Below are positions 9,098-17,687 of a stretch of DNA of 41,480 bases, one piece after another. Each line of letters starts with the position of its first letter. Position 1 is the first letter of the stretch. The notes beneath the pieces were generated by a model. It did no database searches. It was not told where the DNA came from and was given only the letters and a program-made list of their open reading frames with translations. The translations under genes and the position numbers were made by a program. The stretch comes from Alphaproteobacteria bacterium (GTDB lineage Bacteria > Pseudomonadota > Alphaproteobacteria > GCA-2731375), in NCBI GenBank assembly GCA_963577885.1, contig CAUZBE010000001.1, positions 1 through 41,480 on the forward strand. Direction: 5' to 3'.

Positions 9098-9949
9098 ATG
9101 AAGATCGGCTTTTTCGGCTTCAACATGGGGAACTTGGCTACCCCGCAGGCGATGAAACAGATACTGATGGCGGCCGAGCGTTGCGGCTTTGAATCCGCCT
9201 GGACCGGCGAGCACGTGGTGGCCATTGACCCCCAGGAGCCGCCCTCGCCGATCGTTCCCGATCATCCCATGCTGGATACTATCGCGGCGTTGTCGTTTGC
9301 CGCCGGCATCACTTTGCGCCTGAAGCTCGGCTCCGGCATCATCCTGCTAGCCCAGCGCAATCCGGTGGTGCTGGCCAAGGAACTGGCCAGCATCGACGTG
9401 CTATCGGATGGACGCCTGCTGTTTGGCGTCGGCGTGGGTTACGTGCAAGGCGAGTTCGATGCCATGGGCATCCCCTTCAATGAACGCGGAGCGCGGGTCA
9501 GCGAGCATATTGAGGCTATGCGCGCCCTGTGGACCCAGGACAAGCCGGAATTTGAGGGCAGGTTCACCGCCTTCCAGGGAATCCAGTCAAAACCGGGTCC
9601 GGTGCAAACCCCGCACCCGCCGATAATTATAGGCGGCATGTCGCCGCCCGCCTACCGCCGTGCCATCCGCCACGGCAACGGCTGGTATGGCTTCAATCAG
9701 AGCGTGGAAGCCACTTCTGAATCCATCGCTGGCCTCAAAATTGCGTCGGCTGACGTCGAACGCCCGACCGAATTGGGCAAACTGTCGATTTCCATCACCC
9801 CGAAGGGGGCCGTCGATGCCGACACCGTCAAACGCTTCGAAGACCTCGGCGTCGAACGCCTGATCCTGCTGCCCCGGGGCGCCCGTGGGCAAACCGAATT
9901 GATGGAACGTTTTATCGAGGAAACGGCGACTCAACTGGGGCTGGGTTAG
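9098..9949 (+). CDS. LLM class oxidoreductase (Rv2161c-like F420-type subfamily by resemblance)
   Basis: 283 aa with RBS AGGAAGG at 9081-9087. MKIGFFGFNMG...ERCGFESAWTGEHVV...LKLGSGIILLAQRNPVVLAKELASIDVLSDGRLLFGVGVGY...PPIIIGG. Confidence 0.8.
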   Translation: MKIGFFGFNMGNLATPQAMKQILMAAERCGFESAWTGEHVVAIDPQEPPSPIVPDHPMLDTIAALSFAAGITLRLKLGSGIILLAQRNPVVLAKELASIDVLSDGRLLFGVGVGYVQGEFDAMGIPFNERGARVSEHIEAMRALWTQDKPEFEGRFTAFQGIQSKPGPVQTPHPPIIIGGMSPPAYRRAIRHGNGWYGFNQSVEATSESIAGLKIASADVERPTELGKLSISITPKGAVDADTVKRFEDLGVERLILLPRGARGQTELMERFIEETATQLGLG

Positions 9950-10018
9950 CCGAGTTGGAGAGCCTAGCTATCAGGTGTCGAGGTCGATGGGATAGACGTC
10001 CTACGCCTTTGGCCGCCG

Positions 10019-10300
10019 TTACATCGCCTTGACGGTCTCCAGGCAATCGGTGACCAGGGCCAGATGGGACAGGCCGACCTGGTTCTGCGCCGGCGGCAGG
10101 GCATCGTCGTTGACCTTGAAGACGGCGATGTCGTGATGATAGTCCTCAAAGAGGAAGAGCACGCCGAAGTCCGCCCGCTCCTCGGTGATTTTTATCCCTA
10201 GAATATCGCGGTAGAATCCCTTGGCCTTTTCGAGATCCTGCATTTTGAGTACCACATGACCCAACCTGAGGGTTGGCGTGGGTGCCTGCGTCTCGGCCAT
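10019..10300 (-). CDS. VOC (glyoxalase/bleomycin-resistance/dioxygenase) family protein, abnormally short and possibly truncated
   Basis: ATG 10300 with GGGAGG upstream. LRLGHVVLKMQDLEKAKGFYRDILGIKITEE...HDIAVF...GLSHLALV makes only about 1.5 beta-alpha-beta-beta-beta modules (93 aa). The frame continues as *RRPKA*DVYPIDLDT* downstream. Confidence 0.55.
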   Translation of the reverse strand: MAETQAPTPTLRLGHVVLKMQDLEKAKGFYRDILGIKITEERADFGVLFLFEDYHHDIAVFKVNDDALPPAQNQVGLSHLALVTDCLETVKAM

Positions 10301-10462
10301 TGCCGCCTCCCTTAAGATTACCCGAATGATTTTATTTCGGTTCCTAGTGGTGCGAACCAAACAGAAGGGTCCTTCGGTTTGGTGCTTTGCGCACCACGAT
10401 TCATTAGAATCTAGTGGTCTTTCTATCCTCACGGATGGGAACCATCCGTTAGAATAGGACCA
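10301..10462 (-). other. Highly structured intergenic element with stacked hairpins and CCACTAG repeats
   Basis: Minus-strand RNA hairpin 1: CUAGUGGUC-CUAUUCUA-ACGGAUGG-UUC-CCAUCCGU-GAGGAUAGAAA-GACCACUAG, with 9-bp outer and 8-bp inner stems. Hairpin 2: GUGGUGCG..ACCAAAC-C-GAAGGACCCUUC-U-GUUUGGU-U-CGCACCAC. Hairpin 3: CCGAA-AUAAAAUCA-UUCGG, followed by the SD and AUG of the VOC gene. CCACUAG/CUAGUGG occurs three times. Confidence 0.5.
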
Positions 10463-11494
10463 CTAGAGATAGCCACCAGTTTGCGCCCATGTCTGCAGCC
10501 AAAGCCCGGCCGGCGCGGACAAGCCGATCAGGACCAGGCCGTTGGCGGGTTGGGTTGCAGGCGGGGCCTCCCTTAGGGGTTCGATGCTCCACATGCGCCC
10601 AACCGCCTGTACCATGTGCACACGGCCTGGTTCGCCCCGCAGCTCGACAAATCCCTTGACCCGCAACAGGCCCGTCGGCGAGTTTTCTAGGAACGCCACC
10701 AGGTCCTGGCGGTCAATCGGCCGGCTAAGGGCGATGGTCCGGGTAGCGAAGGCACCGCTATCATGGGGTTGGTCCGGGGGGGCGGTCCGCGCGCCGCGCA
10801 GCGCCGCGCCCAGGGCCACGTCGGCATCCAGCCGGCCCTGTACGGTCTTAATTACCGGACGGCCCGGCGCCAGGGCGCCCAGGCGCGCCGTCGCGCCTGC
10901 GATCATCCCGGCACTTGCAAGGTCGGCCTTGTTCAGCACCAGCAGATGGGCCGCATCCAGCTGCCGCTGGAACAGCGACTGGGTCGCGGGATTGTCGAGC
11001 CAGCTATCCAGGGCGGTCGCGTCAACCACCGCGACGACGCCGTCCAGGCGGGCACGGCCCTGAGTGGCTACGATGGTCGCCATGCCCACGGGATCGGCGA
11101 TGCCGCTGGCCTCGATAATGATTCCATCGGGCGGGGCTCTTTGGGTGGCGAGGCCATGGATGGTGCGGCCCAGTTCGGCGCCCAGGGCGCAACAGCTGCA
11201 GCCATTGGTCAGTTTGGTGACGCCGCCCGCGGCAGTACCGATGAGGGCGGCGTCGATGTTGACCGCACCCACGTCATTGACCACCGCTGCCAGTTTCAGG
11301 CCGTGCCCGTCTTGCAGAAGATGGCGCAGCAGGGTGGTCTTGCCCGAACCCAGGAATCCGGTCAGAACTGTCACGCCGACACGATTGGGCAGCGCTTCGT
11401 CGTCTGCGCCGTGCGGGGCCTGCAGGGTGGTGACCAGCAGCTCCCACTCCGTCACCAGGCGGCGCAATTGCGCGCCATTCGCCATCTTAATCAT
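10463..11494 (-). CDS. CobW/COG0523 family GTPase (putative metallochaperone)
   Basis: P-loop GFLGSGKTTLL, CxCC metal motif NGCSCCA, and a CobW_C-like tail LLRVKGFVEL. Start is ATG 11494 (MIKMANG...) or 11485, and the 11494 start overlaps the upstream amidohydrolase stop by 8 nt. The 5' extension to 11659 is antisense-like overlap and was rejected. Confidence 0.85.
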   Translation of the reverse strand: MIKMANGAQLRRLVTEWELLVTTLQAPHGADDEALPNRVGVTVLTGFLGSGKTTLLRHLLQDGHGLKLAAVVNDVGAVNIDAALIGTAAGGVTKLTNGCSCCALGAELGRTIHGLATQRAPPDGIIIEASGIADPVGMATIVATQGRARLDGVVAVVDATALDSWLDNPATQSLFQRQLDAAHLLVLNKADLASAGMIAGATARLGALAPGRPVIKTVQGRLDADVALGAALRGARTAPPDQPHDSGAFATRTIALSRPIDRQDLVAFLENSPTGLLRVKGFVELRGEPGRVHMVQAVGRMWSIEPLREAPPATQPANGLVLIGLSAPAGLWLQTWAQTGGYL

Positions 11495-13154
11495 TGGCCA
11501 GATGCGGCACGCCGCCCAAAATGGTGCCCTTGACCGGGACATCCCGCAAGGCAACCAAGTCCACCTCGTAGGGATCGGCGCCCAGGATCGCCAGGTCGGC
11601 CAGCTTGCCCACTTCCAAGCTGCCAACCTCGTGGTCCCGCCGCAGGATGAAGGCGGCATCTATGGTGACCGCCCGCAGGGCTCGGTCAACGGAGATCCGC
11701 TCGCCCGGCGCCATCACGGTCTGATCGTCGGCCGCGATCCGGTTGACCGCAACCCAGGCCGCCGTCAGGGGTGCCATGGGGCCTACCACCAGGTTGAAAT
11801 CGGAATGGAGGGCAAAGGTCACCCCGGCCCGTTCCAGGCTGCCCAGGCGCGCCGTCGCCTCGGCCCGGTCGGGGCCGAAGCCGCTGTCGGAATGGATCAA
11901 AGAGCGGTAGTGGACAAAGTAGGGATTGACGCTGGCCAGCCCGCCCAGGGCGGCCAGGCGCCGGCCCTGGGCCACTGTGGAAATGCAATAATGCTCGATG
12001 GTGAAGCGGTGGTCGAAGCGCGGGTGACGCTGTTGCAGCGCGGCCAGTGTGTCCAGGGTCATATCCACGGTCTGATCGCCATTGGCATGGGAATGGATCT
12101 GAATGCCGGCCTGCCAGTAGGGCAACATGCAGTCGACCATATCTTCCCACGGCCTCTCACCGGTCAGGCCCACTTCACCATCCAGATAACCGGGGAAATT
12201 CAGACGCAGTGTCATGGAGGGGTAGGAGCCGTCGTTGATGAACTTCACCCCATGCACCGCTAGTTTATCGCTCCCCTGGGCCCGCATGGAGTTGAGATAG
12301 TCGAAGCGGTCGGCGCCGAATTTGGCAACCAGACAGGCATCGAACGGGATCAACAGCATGCGTAGCGGGAAAGCCGGATCACCGGCCATCTCGGCGTGAT
12401 CGGTCCATTCTTTTTCGAAAGATTCGAAACCCCAGGCCAAATCAGCCGCTGTGGTGATGCCGTTCCGCACCGCGACCTGTCCCTGGCGCAACAGGGCTTC
12501 AAGGCCGAAGCCGGGGCGGTAGACCTGGGATTGCACCGGCCGGGTGGCCTGACCCACGGCGCGGGTTTCGATGAACCAGCCGTTCAGGCGGCCGTCGGGA
12601 TAGCGGCCGATGCCATGGGCCGTGGTGTCCCCGGTCACCCCGGTGCGCTCCATCATTGGCGTGTTGGTATAGACAATATGCGGGGCGTAGGAGAGCACCC
12701 AGATCGGCACCTGTTCCGAGATCCCGTCCAGCATGTCGCGGCCCAGATGGCCGCCCTGCATACCTGGGTCGTAACCCCAGGTAATAATGGGATTGTCGGG
12801 ATCGTTCTACTCGTCCACCAGCTCCCTAAGCCGCCCCAGCACGGCCTCGCGGCTAGGCAGGCCGTCCACTGGGCCGTCCGGACCATGGGAGGTTATGGGC
12901 CCAACGTAATGCAGGCCCATGTAGGTGCCCGACATGCGCAGGTGGGTGTGTGGGTCGATGAAGCCGGGCAGCAGCACATCACCCTTGAACTGATCGTCGA
13001 TGTCGTGGGCCACCCGCCGCAACCACGGCTGCATGGATGCCAGCGTACCGACCGAGACGATGCGCCCCTCGGCGATGGCAATGGCCGTCGCCGTCGGGCG
13101 GCCCGGATCCATGGTGCGGATGCGCCGTGCCGTATAAACCTTGATCCGCTCCAT
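11487..13154 (-). pseudogene. YtcJ-like metal-dependent amidohydrolase (Amidohydro_3) interrupted by one in-frame TAG
   Basis: ORFs 12807..13154 and 11487..12761 are in the same frame (13154 and 12761 both = 2 mod 3). They are joined as ...LRELVDE*NDPDNPIITWGYDPGMQGGHLGRDMLD..., with the TAG at 12807-12809. N-terminal PGFIDPHTHL metal motif, later IHSHANGD and FALHSDF. ATG 13154 has GGAGAG upstream. Confidence 0.8.
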
Positions 13155-13231
13155 GACGAGCTCTCCCCGTTCCTGCCAAGAGTACCATCATGCTACACCT
13201 ACACCGGGCCTGCATAGCTATGGTCCCGCAT

Positions 13232-13286
13232 CAAACAGGAACCGGCGGCCCCGAAGGACCGCGGTTTCCTGCAGCCTGTTTTGATT
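13232..13286 (-). terminator. GC-rich hairpin with flanking T/A runs (candidate bidirectional terminator)
   Basis: AAACAGGAACCGGCGGCC-CCGAA-GGACCGCGGTTTCCTG...CCTGTTTTGATTT. On the minus strand the stem is followed by TTTGAT. It lies just downstream of the stop of the PEP-CTERM ORF (13296). Confidence 0.4.
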
Positions 13287-13295
13287 TGGAGGTAT

Positions 13296-13643
13296 TCAGG
13301 CCGCTTTCTGCTTACGACGCCGTGCGAAACCCAACAGGGCTAGTGTGCTCGGCTCTGGAGCATTGACCACATCGAGGGCGGAACGGCGTGGCAAGAGGTT
13401 ATTTGACAATTTAATCCAACTAAAGCCCGGAACCCCGATTATGTCCGCCACGAATCCGCCATCGGACAGGCCGGTTACGTTGACGCTTTGCCAGCAATTC
13501 ACACCCGCAAAGTCGCTACCGTAGGCGGGGTCAACAAAATAATTAATACCTGTCACAAACCCTACCGGCAGGGCCGCCGAGGTTATATTGAAAGGGTGGG
13601 GACCGGCCGCGCCAGGCCCGACCCAGGTCAATGAACCTTCCAA
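13296..13643 (-). CDS. PEP-CTERM-type C-terminal sorting-signal protein, probably 5'-degraded
   Basis: Ends ...DVVNAPEPSTLALLGFARRRKQKAA*, which is PEP + a short hydrophobic stretch + RRRK. The start is only a TTG, an in-frame TAA lies 5 codons upstream, and there is no signal peptide. The hydrophobic segment between PEP and RRR is only about 9 residues, shorter than usual. Confidence 0.5.
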   Translation of the reverse strand: MEGSLTWVGPGAAGPHPFNITSAALPVGFVTGINYFVDPAYGSDFAGVNCWQSVNVTGLSDGGFVADIIGVPGFSWIKLSNNLLPRRSALDVVNAPEPSTLALLGFARRRKQKAA

Positions 13644-13838
13644 TCGGGCGGCGATGTATTAAACGGATAGGCAAGCACTGAGCCGGCATTGGCAGGTTCT
13701 AACTGACCTTCCCGATGCCCGCCAACAACGTGGCAACGCCATGGGGTAGACCGGTGGGCCGGGCGCGGATTTTGCCGGCCCGGCGAAGTTTGCTTTCAAG
13801 TTATGGGGCCGGGTCTTGTTGCTTGTTGGCATGCAGCG

Positions 13839-15419
13839 CTAGTTCACGGCCTTTTCATGGCCGGCCCAGTAGGGCTTACGCAGTTCGGTTTTGAGGATCT
13901 TGCCGGCGCCTGAAAGCGGCAGGGGATCGTCGACAAATTCGGCGCTGCGGGGGCATTTGTAGTTGGCAATTAGGCCGTGGCAGAAGGCGATCAGCTCCGC
14001 CTCGCTGACCGCGCCGGCTTCGTTCAGGCGCACGATGGCGTGGACCTGTTCGCCCCATTTGTCGTGGGGGATGCCGATCACGGCGCATTCGATCACGTCC
14101 GCGTGCTGATGGACGGCGTTTTCCACCTCGGCGGAGTATACGTTTTCGCCGCCGGAGATGATCATGTCCTTGACCCGGTCGACAATGTACAGAAAGCCAT
14201 CCGCGTCCATATAGCCGCCGTCGCCTGTATGCAGCCAGCCGTTGCGCAGGGTTTCCGCCGTCAATTCCGGTTTGTTCCAATAACCCTGCATGACGTTCAT
14301 GCCACGGGCGCAAATCTCGCCCACTGTGCCGGTCGGCACCTCCACATCATTCTCATCCAGCACTCGGACCTCAATGGCCGGGCCGGAATGGCCGATGGAA
14401 TTGCGCCGGTCTTCGGGTGCGCCCGGCTCCTCCAGATAGCGCGGGTCCAGGGCGGTCAGGAACGGCGCGGATTCAGTTTGGCCATAGCCGTGGATGAAAT
14501 TGATGCCGGGCATCAATTGTAGGGCTTGATCAATTACCGTCCGGGGCATAGGCGATGCCCCGTACAGAACTTTCTGCAGCGAGGTCAGATCATAATCGCC
14601 CACGGCTGGATGGTTGACCACCATGTTGACCATGGTCGGCACCATAACGCAGTGGCTGGGCCGGTGCTGCTGTATCGCGGCCATGGCAGCTACCGGCTCG
14701 AAACTGGGAATGAAGCAATGGGCCCCGCCCGCCATGGCCACGGCAAAGGAGCCGGCACCGTCGGCCAGATGGAACATGGGCGCGGCGTGCAGCCAGTTTG
14801 TCCAGGGATCTAAACTCAGGGTCGGCGTGATGTTAAGGGCGTTTATGACCAGATTGGTATGGCTCAACATCACGCCTTTGGAGACGCCGGTAGTACCACC
14901 CGTATAGAACAGCCCGGCCAGATCGCCGCCCGCCCGGCCCACATCCTGGGCCGGCGCACGGCCCTGGATGAGTCCCTCATAGTGGCCCAGGCCTTTCGGC
15001 GCCGCATCGTCGCCGAGGTAGATCACCTGGCGCACGGTTTCCAGTTTGCTCTGGAGCGCCGGCAGCACGGGCAGGAAGGTATTGTCCACGAACAATATCT
15101 CAGCGCCCGAATCGTTCAGCCAATAGGCAATTTCGGGGGATGCGAGGCGCGTGTTGACCGGGACGAAGACCGCGCCGGCCCAGGGCACAGCGAAGAAAAA
15201 TTCCAGATAGCGGTCAGAATTCAGGGCTAGGATTGCTACTCGGTCGCCCGACTTGACTCCTAGATCGCCCAGGCCGCCGGCCAGCCGCGCCACCCGGTCG
15301 GCGAATTGCGCCCAGCTATGCCGCCGCCCGGCAAAATCCGTGACCACCCGCTGGCCATTCACCTGTGCCCCACGGTGCACCATATGGGTCAGCCGCATCT
15401 GCATGGCGCGATCACTCAT
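13839..15419 (-). CDS. AMP-dependent acyl-CoA synthetase/ligase (class I adenylate-forming enzyme)
   Basis: 526 aa; ATG 15419 with GGAG upstream. Motifs: LFYTGGTTGVSKGVMLSH, HGYGQTE, TGDGGYMDADGFLYIVDRVKDMIISGGENV, and a C-terminal GKILK. Confidence 0.9.
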   Translation of the reverse strand: MSDRAMQMRLTHMVHRGAQVNGQRVVTDFAGRRHSWAQFADRVARLAGGLGDLGVKSGDRVAILALNSDRYLEFFFAVPWAGAVFVPVNTRLASPEIAYWLNDSGAEILFVDNTFLPVLPALQSKLETVRQVIYLGDDAAPKGLGHYEGLIQGRAPAQDVGRAGGDLAGLFYTGGTTGVSKGVMLSHTNLVINALNITPTLSLDPWTNWLHAAPMFHLADGAGSFAVAMAGGAHCFIPSFEPVAAMAAIQQHRPSHCVMVPTMVNMVVNHPAVGDYDLTSLQKVLYGASPMPRTVIDQALQLMPGINFIHGYGQTESAPFLTALDPRYLEEPGAPEDRRNSIGHSGPAIEVRVLDENDVEVPTGTVGEICARGMNVMQGYWNKPELTAETLRNGWLHTGDGGYMDADGFLYIVDRVKDMIISGGENVYSAEVENAVHQHADVIECAVIGIPHDKWGEQVHAIVRLNEAGAVSEAELIAFCHGLIANYKCPRSAEFVDDPLPLSGAGKILKTELRKPYWAGHEKAVN

Positions 15420-15560
15420 TGTCCACTCCCCTACCCTAACGATGCTCCAATTCTAACGCTTCCGTGGCACTAACAAACCCCACTTTTTGTGGACGGCCCC
15501 AATATTCAGTGTTTGGATGGCATCCGAGAAATGCCAAAGGGCAGGTGAACCGAAAATAAG

Positions 15561-16545
15561 GTGCAACAAACAAAGGAAATCTGGACCGCCGCCGCCGCCT
15601 CGCCCTGCGGCATTGTGAAGCTGGCGCGGGCGGTGGAGGGACACGGCTGGGACGGGCTGGCCGTGGTGGGTTCGCAGAACCTATCGGGCGACCCTTACGT
15701 GGCATTGGCCATGGCGGCAACGGCTACCAAACGTATCGGCCTGGCTACGGCAGTGACCAGCAGTGTAACCCGCCAGGCGGCGGCCACGGCGACGGCCATT
15801 GCCTCGGTGCAGCGGGTGGCCGGGGGACGCGCCGTTCTGGGCGTCGGGCGCGGCGGTACCGTTCGATGAAATCGACATCCCGTTGGATATCGCGCCGCCG
15901 CTGTCCGAATTGCATCTGGGCGACGCCCCGATGGACAGCCGCAACTCCTGGATGGCTAGAACGGAAAAAGTGCCGGTGGAAGTCGCGGCGACCGGCCTCC
16001 GGGTGATCGGCATCGGTGCCCGCCATGCGGAGCGGGTGATGTTCACTTTGGGCGCCAACACCGACCGCCTGGCCTGGGGAATCGCCGAGGCGCGGGCAGC
16101 ACGGCAGAAAGCCGGCCTGGAACCCGACGGCGTGGCCTTTGGCACCTATATCAATATGGCCTGCCACTACGACATGGCCGCCGCCCGGAACCTGGTGCGC
16201 GGCGGCCTGACGACCTTTGCCCGTTTCAACGTCATGCATGGGCGCACCACGGGACCGTGGTCGGATACGGCGGCGAAGGTTTTGCATGATCTGATCGGCG
16301 CATACGACATGAACAAACATACCCGGGGCGACTCCTGCCAGGCCGGCACTGTGACCGACGATTTCATCGATCACTTCGCCATTGTCGGCCCACCGGAAAC
16401 CTGTCTGGAACGTCTGGGCGCCCTGGCCCGCCTGGGTTTGGAAAAGGTTGTCGTCGGGGGCCGCCTTGGCCTCTCCACCGATCTTAACGCGGCCCGTTCC
16501 CTGTCCTTGCTGGAACAACAGGTTCTGCCTGCGCTGCAGCAATGA
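15561..16545 (+). pseudogene. LLM class oxidoreductase gene with frameshift/internal deletion
   Basis: The N-terminal part is in frame 3 (GTG 15561: ...VKLARAVEGHGWDGLAVVGSQNLSGDPYVALAMAATATKRIGLATAV...VLGVGRGG then stop at 15867-15869). The rest is in frame 1 (...KVPVEVAATGLRVIGIGARHAERVMF...IVGPPETCLERLGALARLGLEKVVV). The distance between the GxGRG motif and the xPVxVAAxG motif is much shorter than in the two intact LLM genes of this window. Confidence 0.7.
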
Positions 16546-16799
16546 GTGGCTTGCGCCATCACAAGGGTAGCAACCCCATCGGCGGCTGGTTCGATGGGCG
16601 GATCACTGCTATTCCCGGGCCACCCCCGCCATGACCCCATCCCGATTGTGGGTACAATGTAGGGGCCACTGCGGTGTCAATGTTATCTCATCGCGGAAAT
16701 TTTAGCCGTGTCTTTGGCTTGCCCATATTGGGCGGGACGTGTATCACCGCCATCCGTACCCATCTTGCGAACCGACTGCCTTTGGCTAGGATCATAATA

Positions 16800-17687
16800 A
16801 TGCTGAACAATACGCCAAGCCTCGAAGATTTGCGCCGCCAGATTGACGAGATCGATGGGCATTTGCATGACAAGATTGTACAGCGGACCGCCCTGATCGA
16901 TCAGATCGCCACGGCGAAACGGGCTCAGGGCGACAATGACTTCGCCATGCGTCCGAACCGCGAGGCGGAAGTCGTGCGCGCCCTGGCGAAACGGCACCGG
17001 GGACAATTGCCGACCGCCACGGTAATTCGCATTTGGCGTGAGTTGATCAACGGGTCGACGGCGTTGCAAGGCCCCATGAGTGTCGCCGTCTGTGCTCCCT
17101 CGCTCTCGGTCGGATTTTGGGACATGGCGCGCAACCATTTCGGCTCTTCCGTTCCCATGACCCTGCACACCTCACCATCCGTGGTGATGCGCATCGTCGA
17201 TGATGAACCGGGCGCCATCGGGCTGTTGCCGTTTCCCCAGGGCGGCGAGGAAAACCCCTGGTGGCCGGCCCTGGCCTCCCAGGCAAATGACCAGTCGGGG
17301 CCACGTGTAATCTGGCGCCTGCCCTTCTTTGCCTCCGCCACCGGACGGTTTGAACGGCTGGAGGCCCTGGCAGTGGCAAAACTGGTGCCGGCAGCCAGTG
17401 GCCAGGACGTGACCCTGGTGGTGGTCGAAACCGATCTGGATGTCTCCCGCGCCCGGGTGGCGGACCAGTTGGGTCAATGTGGCTTTACCGTTCAGCCCGT
17501 GGCCGTCCATGAACAGGACCAGATTGGCTTGCGTCTGCAGTTGATCGAATTGGATGGGCTGGTCAACTATCACGACCCGTCGATGATTACCTTCCATGAA
17601 AAAATGGGCGAAGGGCTGTCTCGGGTCTCTATTCTGGGGGCCTATCCACAGGCGCTGGCCATCGATCCGGCTGGACAAAACCCATGA
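16800..17687 (+). CDS. Chorismate mutase (type II helices) fused to a prephenate-dehydratase-like domain
   Basis: Internal ATG 16800. LEDLRRQIDEIDGHLHDKIVQRTALIDQIATAK...RPNREAEVVRAL is the CM_2 domain, and the C-terminal roughly 190 aa are PBP/PDT-like. The stop overlaps the hisC start (ATGA 17684-17687). Confidence 0.75.
   Translation: MLNNTPSLEDLRRQIDEIDGHLHDKIVQRTALIDQIATAKRAQGDNDFAMRPNREAEVVRALAKRHRGQLPTATVIRIWRELINGSTALQGPMSVAVCAPSLSVGFWDMARNHFGSSVPMTLHTSPSVVMRIVDDEPGAIGLLPFPQGGEENPWWPALASQANDQSGPRVIWRLPFFASATGRFERLEALAVAKLVPAASGQDVTLVVVETDLDVSRARVADQLGQCGFTVQPVAVHEQDQIGLRLQLIELDGLVNYHDPSMITFHEKMGEGLSRVSILGAYPQALAIDPAGQNP

Noticed and set aside
10345-10400. TGGTGCGAACC... resembling a tRNA 3' end / T-arm inside the structured spacer.
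   Set aside because: No cloverleaf can be drawn, there is no GTTCGA-type T-loop or D-arm, and the sequence folds instead as a simple nested hairpin.
12807-12809. Possibility that in-frame TAG codons (12807, 21761, 2347, 2120) reflect programmed readthrough or pyrrolysine/amber recoding.
   Set aside because: The same genes or their neighbours also carry TAA stops, frameshifts and truncations. Normal genes in the window terminate with TAG (e.g. 990-992, 36943-36945). No pyl-type genes or recoding signals are visible. Pseudogenisation is the simpler explanation.
13741-13790. GCCGGGC-N13-GCCCGGC hairpin downstream of the acyl-CoA ligase as a terminator.
   Set aside because: The loop is large and no U-run follows on the relevant strand, so the evidence is too weak to annotate.
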